This document shows, piece by piece, positions 11,301-18,940 of a stretch of 64,000 bases of DNA; the first letter of the stretch is position 1; every line of letters starts with the position of its first letter. Source of the DNA: Candidatus Latescibacterota bacterium (GTDB taxonomy: Bacteria; Krumholzibacteriota; Krumholzibacteriia; WVZY01). The notes beneath the pieces were generated by a model. It made no database searches. It saw only the letters and a list, made by a program, of their open reading frames with translations, and was not told the origin of the DNA. The position numbers and the translations under genes were made by a program. The stretch is taken from contig CP070677.1 of the NCBI GenBank assembly GCA_020352495.1, positions 2,577,501 through 2,641,500 on the forward strand. The letters are read 5' to 3'.

Positions 11301-11636
11301 TGGCAGCTTCCGCGCTCCGAACGCGCGGACCTGCTCCGGAGAGCCGTCGGTCGCGCCACACGTATCCGCCTCCGCTCGATTCTCTTGACCAGCGGCACGA
11401 CGATAGTCGGTTTGGCACCGCTTCTGGTCCACTTCCGCGAGACCGAAGACAAAGACATCTGGGAGAATCTCGCCCTCGCTTCGATCGGGGGTCTGGCCTC
11501 GAGCACGGTCTTGATTCTCATTGCGATCCCACCGCTCTACTACTTCTGCGTCCGATGCGGCTGGTTGTGGCGGGCGCTATGGCAATGGTTGTTCCACCGC
11601 AAACCCAAATCCCCCAAGTCCAAATCCGCCGCCTGA
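8322..11636 (+). CDS. efflux RND transporter permease subunit (second tandem permease, MdtC-like)
   Basis: 1104 aa. ATGA start/stop overlap with the upstream permease. RND motifs (ISGLTVCFGLILDNSILVLDAI; GIVVNNAILLASRF). Confidence 0.9.
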   Translation: MTPFFVRHPVSTWMIFAAFVLLGAYAVPRLQIEAIPETDLPTLTIYTYWNGASPQAVQRSITIPVEEAARKVHGVETVKSRSWAGRSQVEVSFRRDVDIDFARVDLNEQLGEVRRNLPLNASQPQIVAYVPEEFRTDQFFTFSLESPLDPNELRELAETWVTPQLIALEGVADARVLGGANPLIKIFLDRQKLDLYDITPDEIFAAVDRLDELNGAGTIYQAGTEKFVALRSPVQFNRLQRATVAQRGDRMFTLGMLGEVHRDFEDPVYFVRSNGKNVVNIFVEKRSGANSVGVSRALRKALPQMEAEVPFEVTFHIDEDQGEELESKLKELVYRSLVILLLLFLLLAISLRQIKLTAIVTGSIVFAIVISLSFFYFLRISVNFITISGLTVCFGLILDNSILVLDAIHRRLRSMDRAEAAGLSRMAKLKVAFEMILGGTREVLFPILATTTTTVVAFVSFIFLSGRLALFYVPLGISVATALVASLFVAFGWVPMVLHRGWAAPMVRRTADGPNDIRDPQELAKFTDDAPDFMARRPILERITQWNQRLWWIIVPATFGLFVWAGFVYDSKVIKGGFWRLPDIEQLICYLEMPAGTDIRLTSETLMLFEEALMPVRDGVRMRSQTWGNQGLIRVEFEDDVRESETPLYYRTLLMEQADKLGGTSVFISGFSETPYVKGSFGGSMLNSMIKITGFNSQRLKEIAERTLREIERNRRVRNARITTGSQFERIFQEEVVINVDRDKLAVHGLSVMEIVGHLRRLLGVDTPWTMLIDEEQKRVQLAFEDSEDIEFADAAQTLIQTPAGENVRVADLVSVDVLPLSGSIIREDQRYTTNINWEYVGTDQMRLAFIKKVMDSLDLPYGYDAEEAQREFFSEEEEEELTLTLVLAVTFIFMVLAALFESVALPFLVLISLPMALVGVFVIFWLTNSAFDSSARIGLILLFGIVVNNAILLASRFRTEATLVLKSKLGVDPTRKLALFTNTRTQPGGIDLWQLPRSERADLLRRAVGRATRIRLRSILLTSGTTIVGLAPLLVHFRETEDKDIWENLALASIGGLASSTVLILIAIPPLYYFCVRCGWLWRALWQWLFHRKPKSPKSKSAA

Positions 11637-11768
11637 CCAAGCGGGCACTTGCAAACCGTTCTTTGATAGGTTAGCTTTGTCAAAGGGCAGTGAGTCGACT
11701 TTTGTTGATCGGGTGTGAGGACGATCGGCGCAACCCGATGCGAAAAAGGCACATTAAGGAGTAAAACG

Positions 11769-12404
11769 ATGTATGAGGAGACGAGTTACAATTGGCGCGG
11801 TAAGGACGGCACTCGAATTAGAGTCGGTGTCGAACCGTCGCATACCCTAGCAAATGTCTGCCGTTTCGTGGTTGATCCGCCGATTTATCCCGATGGTGCC
11901 GTCCATTTTGCAGATCAGGGAAAGACGGCCTACTCGCCGCTTGCCAAGAAGCTGCTTGATCTCGACGATGTCGCCGAGGTTCTCATCGCCGGCGACTCGG
12001 TAACGGTGACAACTGAAAGTCACGCCGACTGGGAATCCCTCGCCCCCAAGATCGCAGAGGCCATTCGTATCCAAATTGATTCGGGAGACCCCTGCGTAAC
12101 CGAAGAGCACAAAAAAAGTCTTCCGTCCCCCGATGTAATCAGAGAGAAGGTCCAGACACTGATCGACACCGCAATCAATCCTGCGATCTCGTCCCATGGT
12201 GGTAGCGTCACCCTCGTCAATGTGATCGACAATAACGTCGTTTTGGAGTTTGGTGGCGGTTGCCAAGGGTGTGGGATGGCTCACGTGACCCTCAAATACG
12301 GCGTCGAAAGACTGATCCGTGAGCACGTCCCGGAGGTCGGGCAGGTTCTGGATACGACCGATCACGCGAGCGGAGAAAACCCCTACTACTCCCGGTCAAG
12401 CTGA
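11769..12404 (+). CDS. NfuA-like Fe-S cluster carrier (Nfu_N domain + NifU C-terminal CxxC domain)
   Basis: RBS AAGGAG 8 nt upstream of ATG. C-terminal ...HGGSVTLVNVIDNNVVLEFGGGCQGCGMAHVTLKYGVERLI matches the NifU/Nfu domain. The longer ORF from 11715 lacks an RBS. Confidence 0.75.
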   Translation: MYEETSYNWRGKDGTRIRVGVEPSHTLANVCRFVVDPPIYPDGAVHFADQGKTAYSPLAKKLLDLDDVAEVLIAGDSVTVTTESHADWESLAPKIAEAIRIQIDSGDPCVTEEHKKSLPSPDVIREKVQTLIDTAINPAISSHGGSVTLVNVIDNNVVLEFGGGCQGCGMAHVTLKYGVERLIREHVPEVGQVLDTTDHASGENPYYSRSS

Positions 12405-12475
12405 CCCCGGAGGCGCGACACCACGAACCCGAACGACGTCCTCACGACGACGCAGCGGGATTTCTCGGTCCGTGC

Positions 12476-12895
12476 TCACACGCCGATGACCTTGACCAGA
12501 ACACGCTTCCGACGACGGCCATCGAACTCGCCATAAAAGATTTGCTCCCAAGGCCCGAAATCAAGCTTGCCACCGGTTATGGCGACCACGACCTCACGCC
12601 CCATGATCTGTCTCTTGAGATGCGCGTCTCCGTTGTCTTCCCCCGTCCGGTTATGCCGGTAGTGACTGACAGGCTCGTGCGGAGCCAGCCGCTCCAACCA
12701 GTCATCGTAGTCTTGATGCAGCCCTGATTCGTCATCGTTGATAAACACCGAAGCGGTAATATGCATGGCGTTGACCAAAACCAATCCCTCTGTCACGCCG
12801 CTTTCACGCAGACAGTCGTCGACCTCCCCCGTTATGTTGATGAACCCGCGGCGGTTCGGGATGTTGAACCACAACTCCCTCCGGTAGCTTTTCAT
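12476..12895 (-). CDS. YjbQ family protein (UPF0047; secondary thiamine-phosphate synthase-like)
   Basis: [25 protein letters not shown]...[23 protein letters not shown]...[28 protein letters not shown] are YjbQ hallmarks. RBS gaggtg lies upstream. Confidence 0.75.
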   Translation of the reverse strand: MKSYRRELWFNIPNRRGFINITGEVDDCLRESGVTEGLVLVNAMHITASVFINDDESGLHQDYDDWLERLAPHEPVSHYRHNRTGEDNGDAHLKRQIMGREVVVAITGGKLDFGPWEQIFYGEFDGRRRKRVLVKVIGV

Positions 12896-13017
12896 TTGCA
12901 TCACCTCTCGTTTTGACCGTTGGGGTGCTTCCATCGGTGCCGATTAATATCCGCAATCGACCGACAACCCAGACACCGAAGCGGCACCTCAACGAATGAT
13001 CCTCACTATACAAAACG

Positions 13018-13051
13018 CCACCGGGGATCGGCGCGTCCGTATCCCCGGTGG
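13018..13051. other. 11-bp perfect inverted repeat (hairpin) downstream of minus-strand secreted-protein gene
   Basis: CCACCGGGGAT-cggcgcgtccgt-ATCCCCGGTGG. Candidate terminator/attenuator between co-oriented genes. Confidence 0.4.
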
Positions 13052-13108
13052 CGGTGTATTGGTCCGAGCCGCGCCCCGGGCGACTCGAGCCGCACGCCGA
13101 GAGGGTGG

Positions 13109-13640
13109 TTATTCCCCCGTCTTCGTTTCGGCGGCTTTCTTCTCGGCCTTCATTTTTTTGGCCGCTTCCTCCAACATCTTGTTCGTCTTTCGCGAGTTGT
13201 CGGAATAGGCATGGAGAGCTTTCACCCCTTCATCGGTGTTCGATGAAGCCACCATGATCTGACCGAGCTGCGCGTCGAACTTCTCGAAGGTGATATCGTC
13301 CCTGCCCTTCAGCTTGAACATACCCACACAAAACGGGCACAGCTGTGCTTCCTTCTCCTCAGCCGAGAGTTTTGCCGCTTCCGCCCGTGCGGCCTCGCAC
13401 TTTTCCTCACACGCCCGAAAATCGCCAACGTGCTCCTCGTTGGCCATCAAAAACGCCACGACAAAGCCATTTGACGTGTCAAAGATGTCGTATCTTATGT
13501 TCTGCATCACCTGCGGGTATTCCCCATAGGGCTTGCAAGCTACACAGTTCATCATCTTCATCATCGTCTCTTCGGGTGTCATTTCTCCGGCAAATGCCAG
13601 CGAGCTGACAACCAGCACCGAGACGACTGCAACACTCATG
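13109..13640 (-). CDS. secreted Cys-rich, Lys/Glu-rich hypothetical protein
   Basis: Start chosen at MSVAVVSVLVVSSLAFAGEMT (signal peptide) with RBS aggtaaagg. Several CxxC/CxxxC pairs (CVACKPY, CEEKCEAA, CPFCVG). KAEKKAAETKTGE tail. Confidence 0.5.
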
Positions 13641-13877
13641 AGCGTTTTCACCTTTACCTCCTCACGATTCAGGTGATTCCCCCGATTCCACGACCGAGTA
13701 CCGTTGTTCAGCCTCTTGACCCGACAGATACTCCTATGGAACGGTATCGGTGTGGCTCTTCGATGTGACAGACGATACCAATGGCCGATCGACAGGGTCC
13801 CCGTTTTTACGCCCCAACGCCCCCCAACACCACCGACCTCTCTCACTCGCGTCGGATCATCAACCAACATTAGCGCG

Positions 13878-14066
13878 TCACTTGGCGACACCGAGCTTTT
13901 TGAGAAAGGACTCCATCAGACACCACTTGGTGAACGCGGACTGGAGAAGATTCAATCCAACAAAAGCGGTAAAAAAGAGCCAGTATGGATGATGGATACG
14001 GGACAAGATGAGGGATCCCAAAACGAAGCTGCCTGCAATGGCCCGGATGTATCTTTCCATCGTCAT
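13878..14066 (-). CDS. DUF2892 (YgaP-like) small inner-membrane protein
   Basis: MTMERYIRAIAGSFVLGSLILS...LLQSAFTKWCLMESFLKKLGV is a typical ~60-aa DUF2892 two-helix protein with the conserved 'LQSAxTxWC' motif. RBS gaggag lies upstream. Confidence 0.6.
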   Translation of the reverse strand: MTMERYIRAIAGSFVLGSLILSRIHHPYWLFFTAFVGLNLLQSAFTKWCLMESFLKKLGVAK

Positions 14067-14210
14067 ACGTGTTCTCCTCGACACTCGTTCACGTCTCTCA
14101 ACACCGTCTTGTTATCACGCCCAATTATAAAAAATCGCCGGTCCAACACAAGCGGTTTCTGGCTTCCCCCGCTCGAGCTCGTAAAGGCGGCCGGATTTCC
14201 CCTTACAGGC

Positions 14211-14250
14211 AAAGAAAAAGCGCCCGGATGTAAACGGGCGCTTCTCTTGT
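14211..14250 (-). terminator. rho-independent terminator downstream of 14275..14823 gene
   Basis: Perfect hairpin AGCGCCCG-gatgtaaa-CGGGCGCT. In the minus-strand orientation it is followed by TTTTTCTTTG. Confidence 0.6.
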
Positions 14251-14274
14251 CCTCTACCTTATGTACGAAACAGT

Positions 14275-14823
14275 CTACTCTGCGTAGAGCGATTTCACCT
14301 TACCCCAGGTGGAATCCTCAGCCGGGACATCGCACTGACAGGATCCGTCAGCATTAATGATGCCCTCTCCCCCGGTCGCAAAGATCAAGTTGTTCACACA
14401 GTCCACAACCTCGATCTGACCCGAAGGAACGGCCGGATCGGGTAGGATTTGGTAGTAACAACACGAGCCGGTCAGACCCTGGCAGAAAAAGCTGATGTCC
14501 AGGACGTTGTTCGGGCTAGGGATACACGCGCCGAATCCGACGGCCACACCGGTCTGAGAGTTGCCGATGGTGACCGGGTAAAGCGCCGTATCGGACAGGT
14601 ATGTCCCGAGGAAACAAGCCGGCACCGGTGCCCAAAACTGACAGGCAGTCGCACCCGGCGAGTTCACATGAACCACATGATAGGTGCAAAGACCCGGAAC
14701 AAGATCCTGGAGATTGCAGTCGGTACCCATGGGATCGCCAAAGATGCCGATGCTACCCGCCTGGGCAAACACCACGCTCGCTGCGAAAAGCATTGCGACC
14801 GCGAGGTATACCACTTTCTTCAT
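14275..14823 (-). CDS. secreted Cys-rich hypothetical protein with C-terminal 'STWGKVKSLYAE' tag
   Basis: Strong RBS aaggagga before ATG. Signal peptide MKKVVYLAVAMLFAASVVFAQA. About 14 Cys. The C-terminal motif is shared with the 34962..35675 protein. Confidence 0.65.
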   Translation of the reverse strand: MKKVVYLAVAMLFAASVVFAQAGSIGIFGDPMGTDCNLQDLVPGLCTYHVVHVNSPGATACQFWAPVPACFLGTYLSDTALYPVTIGNSQTGVAVGFGACIPSPNNVLDISFFCQGLTGSCCYYQILPDPAVPSGQIEVVDCVNNLIFATGGEGIINADGSCQCDVPAEDSTWGKVKSLYAE

Positions 14824-15382
14824 AACGTTACTCCTCCTTTAGTACAACGCACGTTGTTGAATCACTGCAGCTGGCAACCAGGAGAAGCACGTCACCATCC
14901 CGTGAGCGCAAGAGGGGAAGGAGATCCATGCTCCACTGTTGCTCTCCCATTATATCACAAGCTCGAACTCCCCGTCAATTAAAGAGTTTCGCTTTTGCCT
15001 TGTAGGAAAACCGGAAACAAGGCATACCATCGGGACAAAAACCAACGCCATTATTGTACAACCCAAAGATATCTCGAAGATCTTCCAGTAAATATGGGCA
15101 CAAACGCCGCCACCTTCCCCGTCACCACCGGTATGTCCGTCACTCCGAAAACGGGGAATCGCAATCCATGTTGGGACAGTTGTGGGAATCACTCGATGGT
15201 CCCGGAACTCATGGGCACACAGAAGTCAGGGATACCGCCACGATTGAAATCGTGTCAGGCGGAACCTGCAATGTCATTATGGGAGATGAGAAATTCGTGG
15301 CCACTCGCGGGGAGTAGCCCGGGCAAGTCATCGACATCCGCGTCGACGCTGACGCGCGCACCAGGCGGCACACAGGGATCCG

Positions 15383-15673
15383 TCACACAACGGATTGTAT
15401 CAACCCCGCTATCACCTTGAGCACGGTCTTGCCAATCGCTTTGGCCACCGTTAGAACCACGCTCACATAGCTCTTTATCGCCGAAACGGTATCGTTCTCG
15501 TCGAGCGAACAGGTATCGAGCCGTGCGATGATATCGGTGCCCGGTATCGTCACGTCGTTTACCGACAACAGTTCCGCCGTCGAATCTCGATAGATCCCCG
15601 TATCACCGGACGCTTGCGCGAAGACCAACGTGAGGAGCGCGACGACAATCGTTGCCAAAACCGTTCGTTTCAT
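15383..15673 (-). CDS. small secreted hypothetical protein
   Basis: MKRTVLATIVVALLTLVFAQASGDTG signal peptide. RBS gggagga. About 96 aa. Confidence 0.45.
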   Translation of the reverse strand: MKRTVLATIVVALLTLVFAQASGDTGIYRDSTAELLSVNDVTIPGTDIIARLDTCSLDENDTVSAIKSYVSVVLTVAKAIGKTVLKVIAGLIQSVV

Positions 15674-15802
15674 TGGATCCTCCCGGACTGTCTCGTCTTC
15701 TATACGTTTGCACAGCCCAAAGGTTCCACCGTCCGACGATCGACCGCACAAACCGCTCTTTGACAGCAGGTTGCCACCAACACTGGTGGCGGGTCCTCCC
15801 GC

Positions 15803-16222
15803 CTAGACCCCGACCAGCTGGACAACAACCTTTCGGTTTCTCGACCGGTTGTCAAAGTCCGCGAGGACGAGTTGCTGCCAGGTTCCCAACATCATCTTGC
15901 CGCTCGAGAAAGGAACCGAGTGCGAGGTCTTGAGCAGAAACGACCGCATGTGCGAAAACCCGTTTCCGTCATGCCAGGTATTGTCGTGGTGATACGGCCG
16001 GTCCGAAGGGAGCACCTTCTCGAAAAACTCCGGGATGTCTTTGAGCAAGCCGGGTTCATACTCGACCGTGCTGATCGCAGCCGTCGAGCCCATCACCGCG
16101 ACACAGGCGATGCCATCCCGCAACCCCGACCGGCCGAGGCAATCATGAACCTTGTCCGTGATATCCTCGAGATGGCAATACCCGTTGGACTTGATCGTGA
16201 AATCATACGTTTTGACGTTCAT
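15803..16222 (-). CDS. YjbQ family protein (second paralog)
   Basis: MNVKTYDFTIKSNGYCHLEDITDKV...GIACVAVMGSTAAISTVEYEPGL...GKMMLGTWQQLVLADFDNRSRNRKVVVQLVGV matches the UPF0047 pattern. Confidence 0.75.
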   Translation of the reverse strand: MNVKTYDFTIKSNGYCHLEDITDKVHDCLGRSGLRDGIACVAVMGSTAAISTVEYEPGLLKDIPEFFEKVLPSDRPYHHDNTWHDGNGFSHMRSFLLKTSHSVPFSSGKMMLGTWQQLVLADFDNRSRNRKVVVQLVGV

Positions 16223-16339
16223 AACAAGATGAGGATAACAGAACCTTCGGGATTGTCCAAACCTGAGTCGCCCGGCGCACGAACTGGATTCAAGCCCGAC
16301 AAACGTGTTAAAATAGGACAACGCCGGGAGGTCACGATT

Positions 16340-17917
16340 TTGCAAAACCGTTTGACCAGGGTGGCAATCGGCCTCGTCCTCGTTGGTTTGTTGGAGTTCC
16401 TTCGTGTTGGGGCGGCGGGAACTCCAGCGAAGTCAGAACCGCCTCAGCTTTCCCCGACCGCCCCCAACGAGTCCCTTAGTCCCCGCTCCCCGAGTTCCCG
16501 GACCGACGCTCTCTTTGAAGAAAACGTGGCGTTTTGGGCACCCGATCCGAGCGGCACGACGGAAATCCTCTCGGCCGTCTGGGGTCAGAACGACGAGTTT
16601 GTCGTTGTCGGGTCCAACGGAACCATCCTCCACTATGACGGCACGCTATGGCAGCCGATGAACAGCGGCACGACAGTCGATCTCCAGGGTGTTTGGGGGC
16701 ATTCTTTGACGGATATCTTTGCCGTTGGCCCCGACGGCACAATCATTCGGCACAGCGGTTCCGCATGGCTCCAGATGCAGACACCCACCACCGAGTTTCT
16801 TCGCGGAGTCTGGGGCACCTCGCCGTCGGATGTATTCGTCACGGGCACGAGAGGTACCATCATCCACTATGACGGTATTCACTGGCAAAGCATGGAAAGT
16901 AACAATCCCAATCGCCTCTACGACATCTGGGGTAGTTCCAACACGGACATCTTTGTCGTCGGCCACCTGGCCACAGTCCTTCACTTCGACGGCTCGACCT
17001 GGACAACCATGGACAGCGGCGCGCGCACGACGCTGTGGGGCGTATGGGGCGACTCAACCGGTTACGTCTTTGCGGTCGGTGGCGGTGGTGTCATCGTTCG
17101 CTATGACGGGTCGGACTGGTCGCAGATGATCAGCGGAACTACGGAAACACTGCTCCGCGTATGGGGAACGTCCACAGACAACGTTTTCGCAGTGGGCGGC
17201 AATGGCACGATTCTGCAATATGACGGCTCCGCGTGGCGTGCGACCAACAGCGGAACGTCGCACACCCTCAAAGACGTCTACGGAACCTCCGAGACCACGA
17301 TCCTCGCTGTTGGCGAGAATGGAACAATCCTTCGTTACTTCGGCGATGACGTCCCCGTTTTTTTGCAGGACTTCCGCGTCAATGCCTTGCCCGACGCCGC
17401 GTCGATCGTCTGGCAAATAAGCGGCGACGCGCAGGTTCGAGGGTTCCGGATTCACAAAAGGTGGCCCGACGGCACGTTGTCGTCGATTCCTTCGCCAACC
17501 ACGCTGATTCACCCCACCCAACGTACCTATCTGGACGACAACCTCACGGTAGGAGGCGTTTATCATTATGCTCTCGCGATCCATGCACTCGACGGATTCG
17601 CGACGCGGTCACCGTGGATAGGCGTGGCTATACCTCTATACCCGTTGATCCTGCATCAAAATGCGCCAAACCCATTCAATCCTGAGACGAGGGTCGAGTT
17701 TTTTCTGCCGGTGCGCAGCTCTGTGAATTTGGCCGTTTTCGAGGTGAGCGGCAGACATGTCGTGACCCTCATCAATGAGGTCTTGCCGGCAGGCCATCAT
17801 TTCGTGGATTGGAATGGCCGAAACGCCACCGGCCATCCGGTGGCAACCGGCGTTTACATATGCCGTCTGCGGGCCGGAAAAAGCCAACTTTCGACAAAAA
17901 TGACCCTCGCGAAATGA
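16340..17917 (+). CDS. secreted beta-propeller repeat protein with T9SS C-terminal sorting domain (TIGR04183-like)
   Basis: The long ORF from 15872 overlaps the minus-strand YjbQ gene. A TTG at 16340 preceded by gggagg gives the signal peptide MQNRLTRVAIGLVLVGLLEFLRVGAAG (an ATG at 16229 is an alternative). About 8 tandem ~41-aa repeats 'VWGxSxxDVFAVGxxGTIxxYDGSxWxxMxSGT'. The C-terminus NAPNPFNPETRVEFFLPVRSSVNLAVFEVSGRHVVTLINEVLPAGHHFVDWNGRN...GVYICRLRAGKSQLSTKMTLAK is a canonical Por/T9SS CTD. Confidence 0.7.
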   Translation: MQNRLTRVAIGLVLVGLLEFLRVGAAGTPAKSEPPQLSPTAPNESLSPRSPSSRTDALFEENVAFWAPDPSGTTEILSAVWGQNDEFVVVGSNGTILHYDGTLWQPMNSGTTVDLQGVWGHSLTDIFAVGPDGTIIRHSGSAWLQMQTPTTEFLRGVWGTSPSDVFVTGTRGTIIHYDGIHWQSMESNNPNRLYDIWGSSNTDIFVVGHLATVLHFDGSTWTTMDSGARTTLWGVWGDSTGYVFAVGGGGVIVRYDGSDWSQMISGTTETLLRVWGTSTDNVFAVGGNGTILQYDGSAWRATNSGTSHTLKDVYGTSETTILAVGENGTILRYFGDDVPVFLQDFRVNALPDAASIVWQISGDAQVRGFRIHKRWPDGTLSSIPSPTTLIHPTQRTYLDDNLTVGGVYHYALAIHALDGFATRSPWIGVAIPLYPLILHQNAPNPFNPETRVEFFLPVRSSVNLAVFEVSGRHVVTLINEVLPAGHHFVDWNGRNATGHPVATGVYICRLRAGKSQLSTKMTLAK

Positions 17918-18003
17918 GTATTTGTGCTCGAACGCGTCGTGGCCACAAGATCCTGACCTAGGCGATCCCACCCTGCACAATGACGACGTACACCAGGCAT
18001 CGG

Positions 18004-18924
18004 TCACTGGCCTGTCTCTTCCGTTGTCGCAGTCACGGGGTTCGTTATGTCGAGCACGATCTTCCAGGTGCTTGCGGGTTCCCGCACCCATATTCTCAAA
18101 TAACTCTCTCTCTCCTCTTCCCCTCCGTTCAACCGGCCCGAGCCAATACGCCCCGTGCCGTACGTATATCCAAGATCACCGGAACGGGACACACCACCGG
18201 AGATCGGCTCGAACGATACCCGTGGGTTCTCACCACCCAAGACAGTACGGAGACCCTCTTTGCCCGTCACAGGAAAAGCATCCATTCGGCACAACTTTAT
18301 GTCGTCCGCGGCAAACTCCTCCAAGGCGGCAAGGACCCCTCGTTTTTGGGACACGCCGGAAAACTCGCGGTCGACACCCAACAGCACATCGAGCTCGGTC
18401 CCCGCGTCGCCGGCTGAGGGACGATGTCCCTTTCGATTTCTGTTCGGCACAGCAACCGTTGATCCCAGGCTTGTCGGTTTTTCATGCACCGTTCCCACGT
18501 CGATCACGACCTGCCATCTTGCGCCCGGTTTTCGCCGCCATACCGAGACATACTCCCCAAAGATGTCTGGCTCGACACCCGCCCCCTCCACGCTGTACGT
18601 CCAAGGCCCCGTCGTGTAACCGAGATCGCCGGCACTCGCGATATCTGCAAGAACGGGTTCCCAACTGAGCAACGCCTTGGAGTCCGGCTGATCGAGATAC
18701 CACTGTCTGCCATTCACTGGTTGCGGCCGAAAGATCACGGCGTCGTCGGCAAGGTTGGCCAAGAACGCCGCGCGAACCCCCAGAGCCTCGGCGGCTTTTG
18801 CGAACCGTCGTTCTGCCTCGACAAGACCCCGGAGTTCAGCACTCACGTTCGCCGATCGCTCACAACCGACGAGCGCGAACGCGCAGGCAAACACCGCCAA
18901 TCCGATTCGTTTCAATTCTCCCAC
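18004..18924 (-). CDS. lipoprotein with two tandem NTF2-like (DUF4440/SnoaL-like) domains
   Basis: GTG start. Lipobox FALVGC. Duplicated '...YVSVWRRKPGARWQVVIDVG' / '...YLRIWVREPASTWKIVLDI' modules. Lies 17 nt downstream of the Mo-oxidoreductase::NifS gene on the same strand. Confidence 0.65.
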   Translation of the reverse strand: MGELKRIGLAVFACAFALVGCERSANVSAELRGLVEAERRFAKAAEALGVRAAFLANLADDAVIFRPQPVNGRQWYLDQPDSKALLSWEPVLADIASAGDLGYTTGPWTYSVEGAGVEPDIFGEYVSVWRRKPGARWQVVIDVGTVHEKPTSLGSTVAVPNRNRKGHRPSAGDAGTELDVLLGVDREFSGVSQKRGVLAALEEFAADDIKLCRMDAFPVTGKEGLRTVLGGENPRVSFEPISGGVSRSGDLGYTYGTGRIGSGRLNGGEEERESYLRIWVREPASTWKIVLDITNPVTATTEETGQ

Positions 18925-18940
18925 CCTTCCGTTGTTTGTT

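Noticed and set aside
10278-11432. 384-aa ORF on minus strand inside the second RND permease gene
   Set aside because: Entirely antisense to a confidently identified RND permease. Low-complexity, Arg/Gly-rich translation typical of GC-rich antisense frames. No RBS.
15872-16339. N-terminal 156 codons of the long ORF 15872..17917
   Set aside because: They overlap the minus-strand YjbQ gene and encode Arg-rich low-complexity sequence. A downstream TTG/ATG start yields a proper signal peptide.
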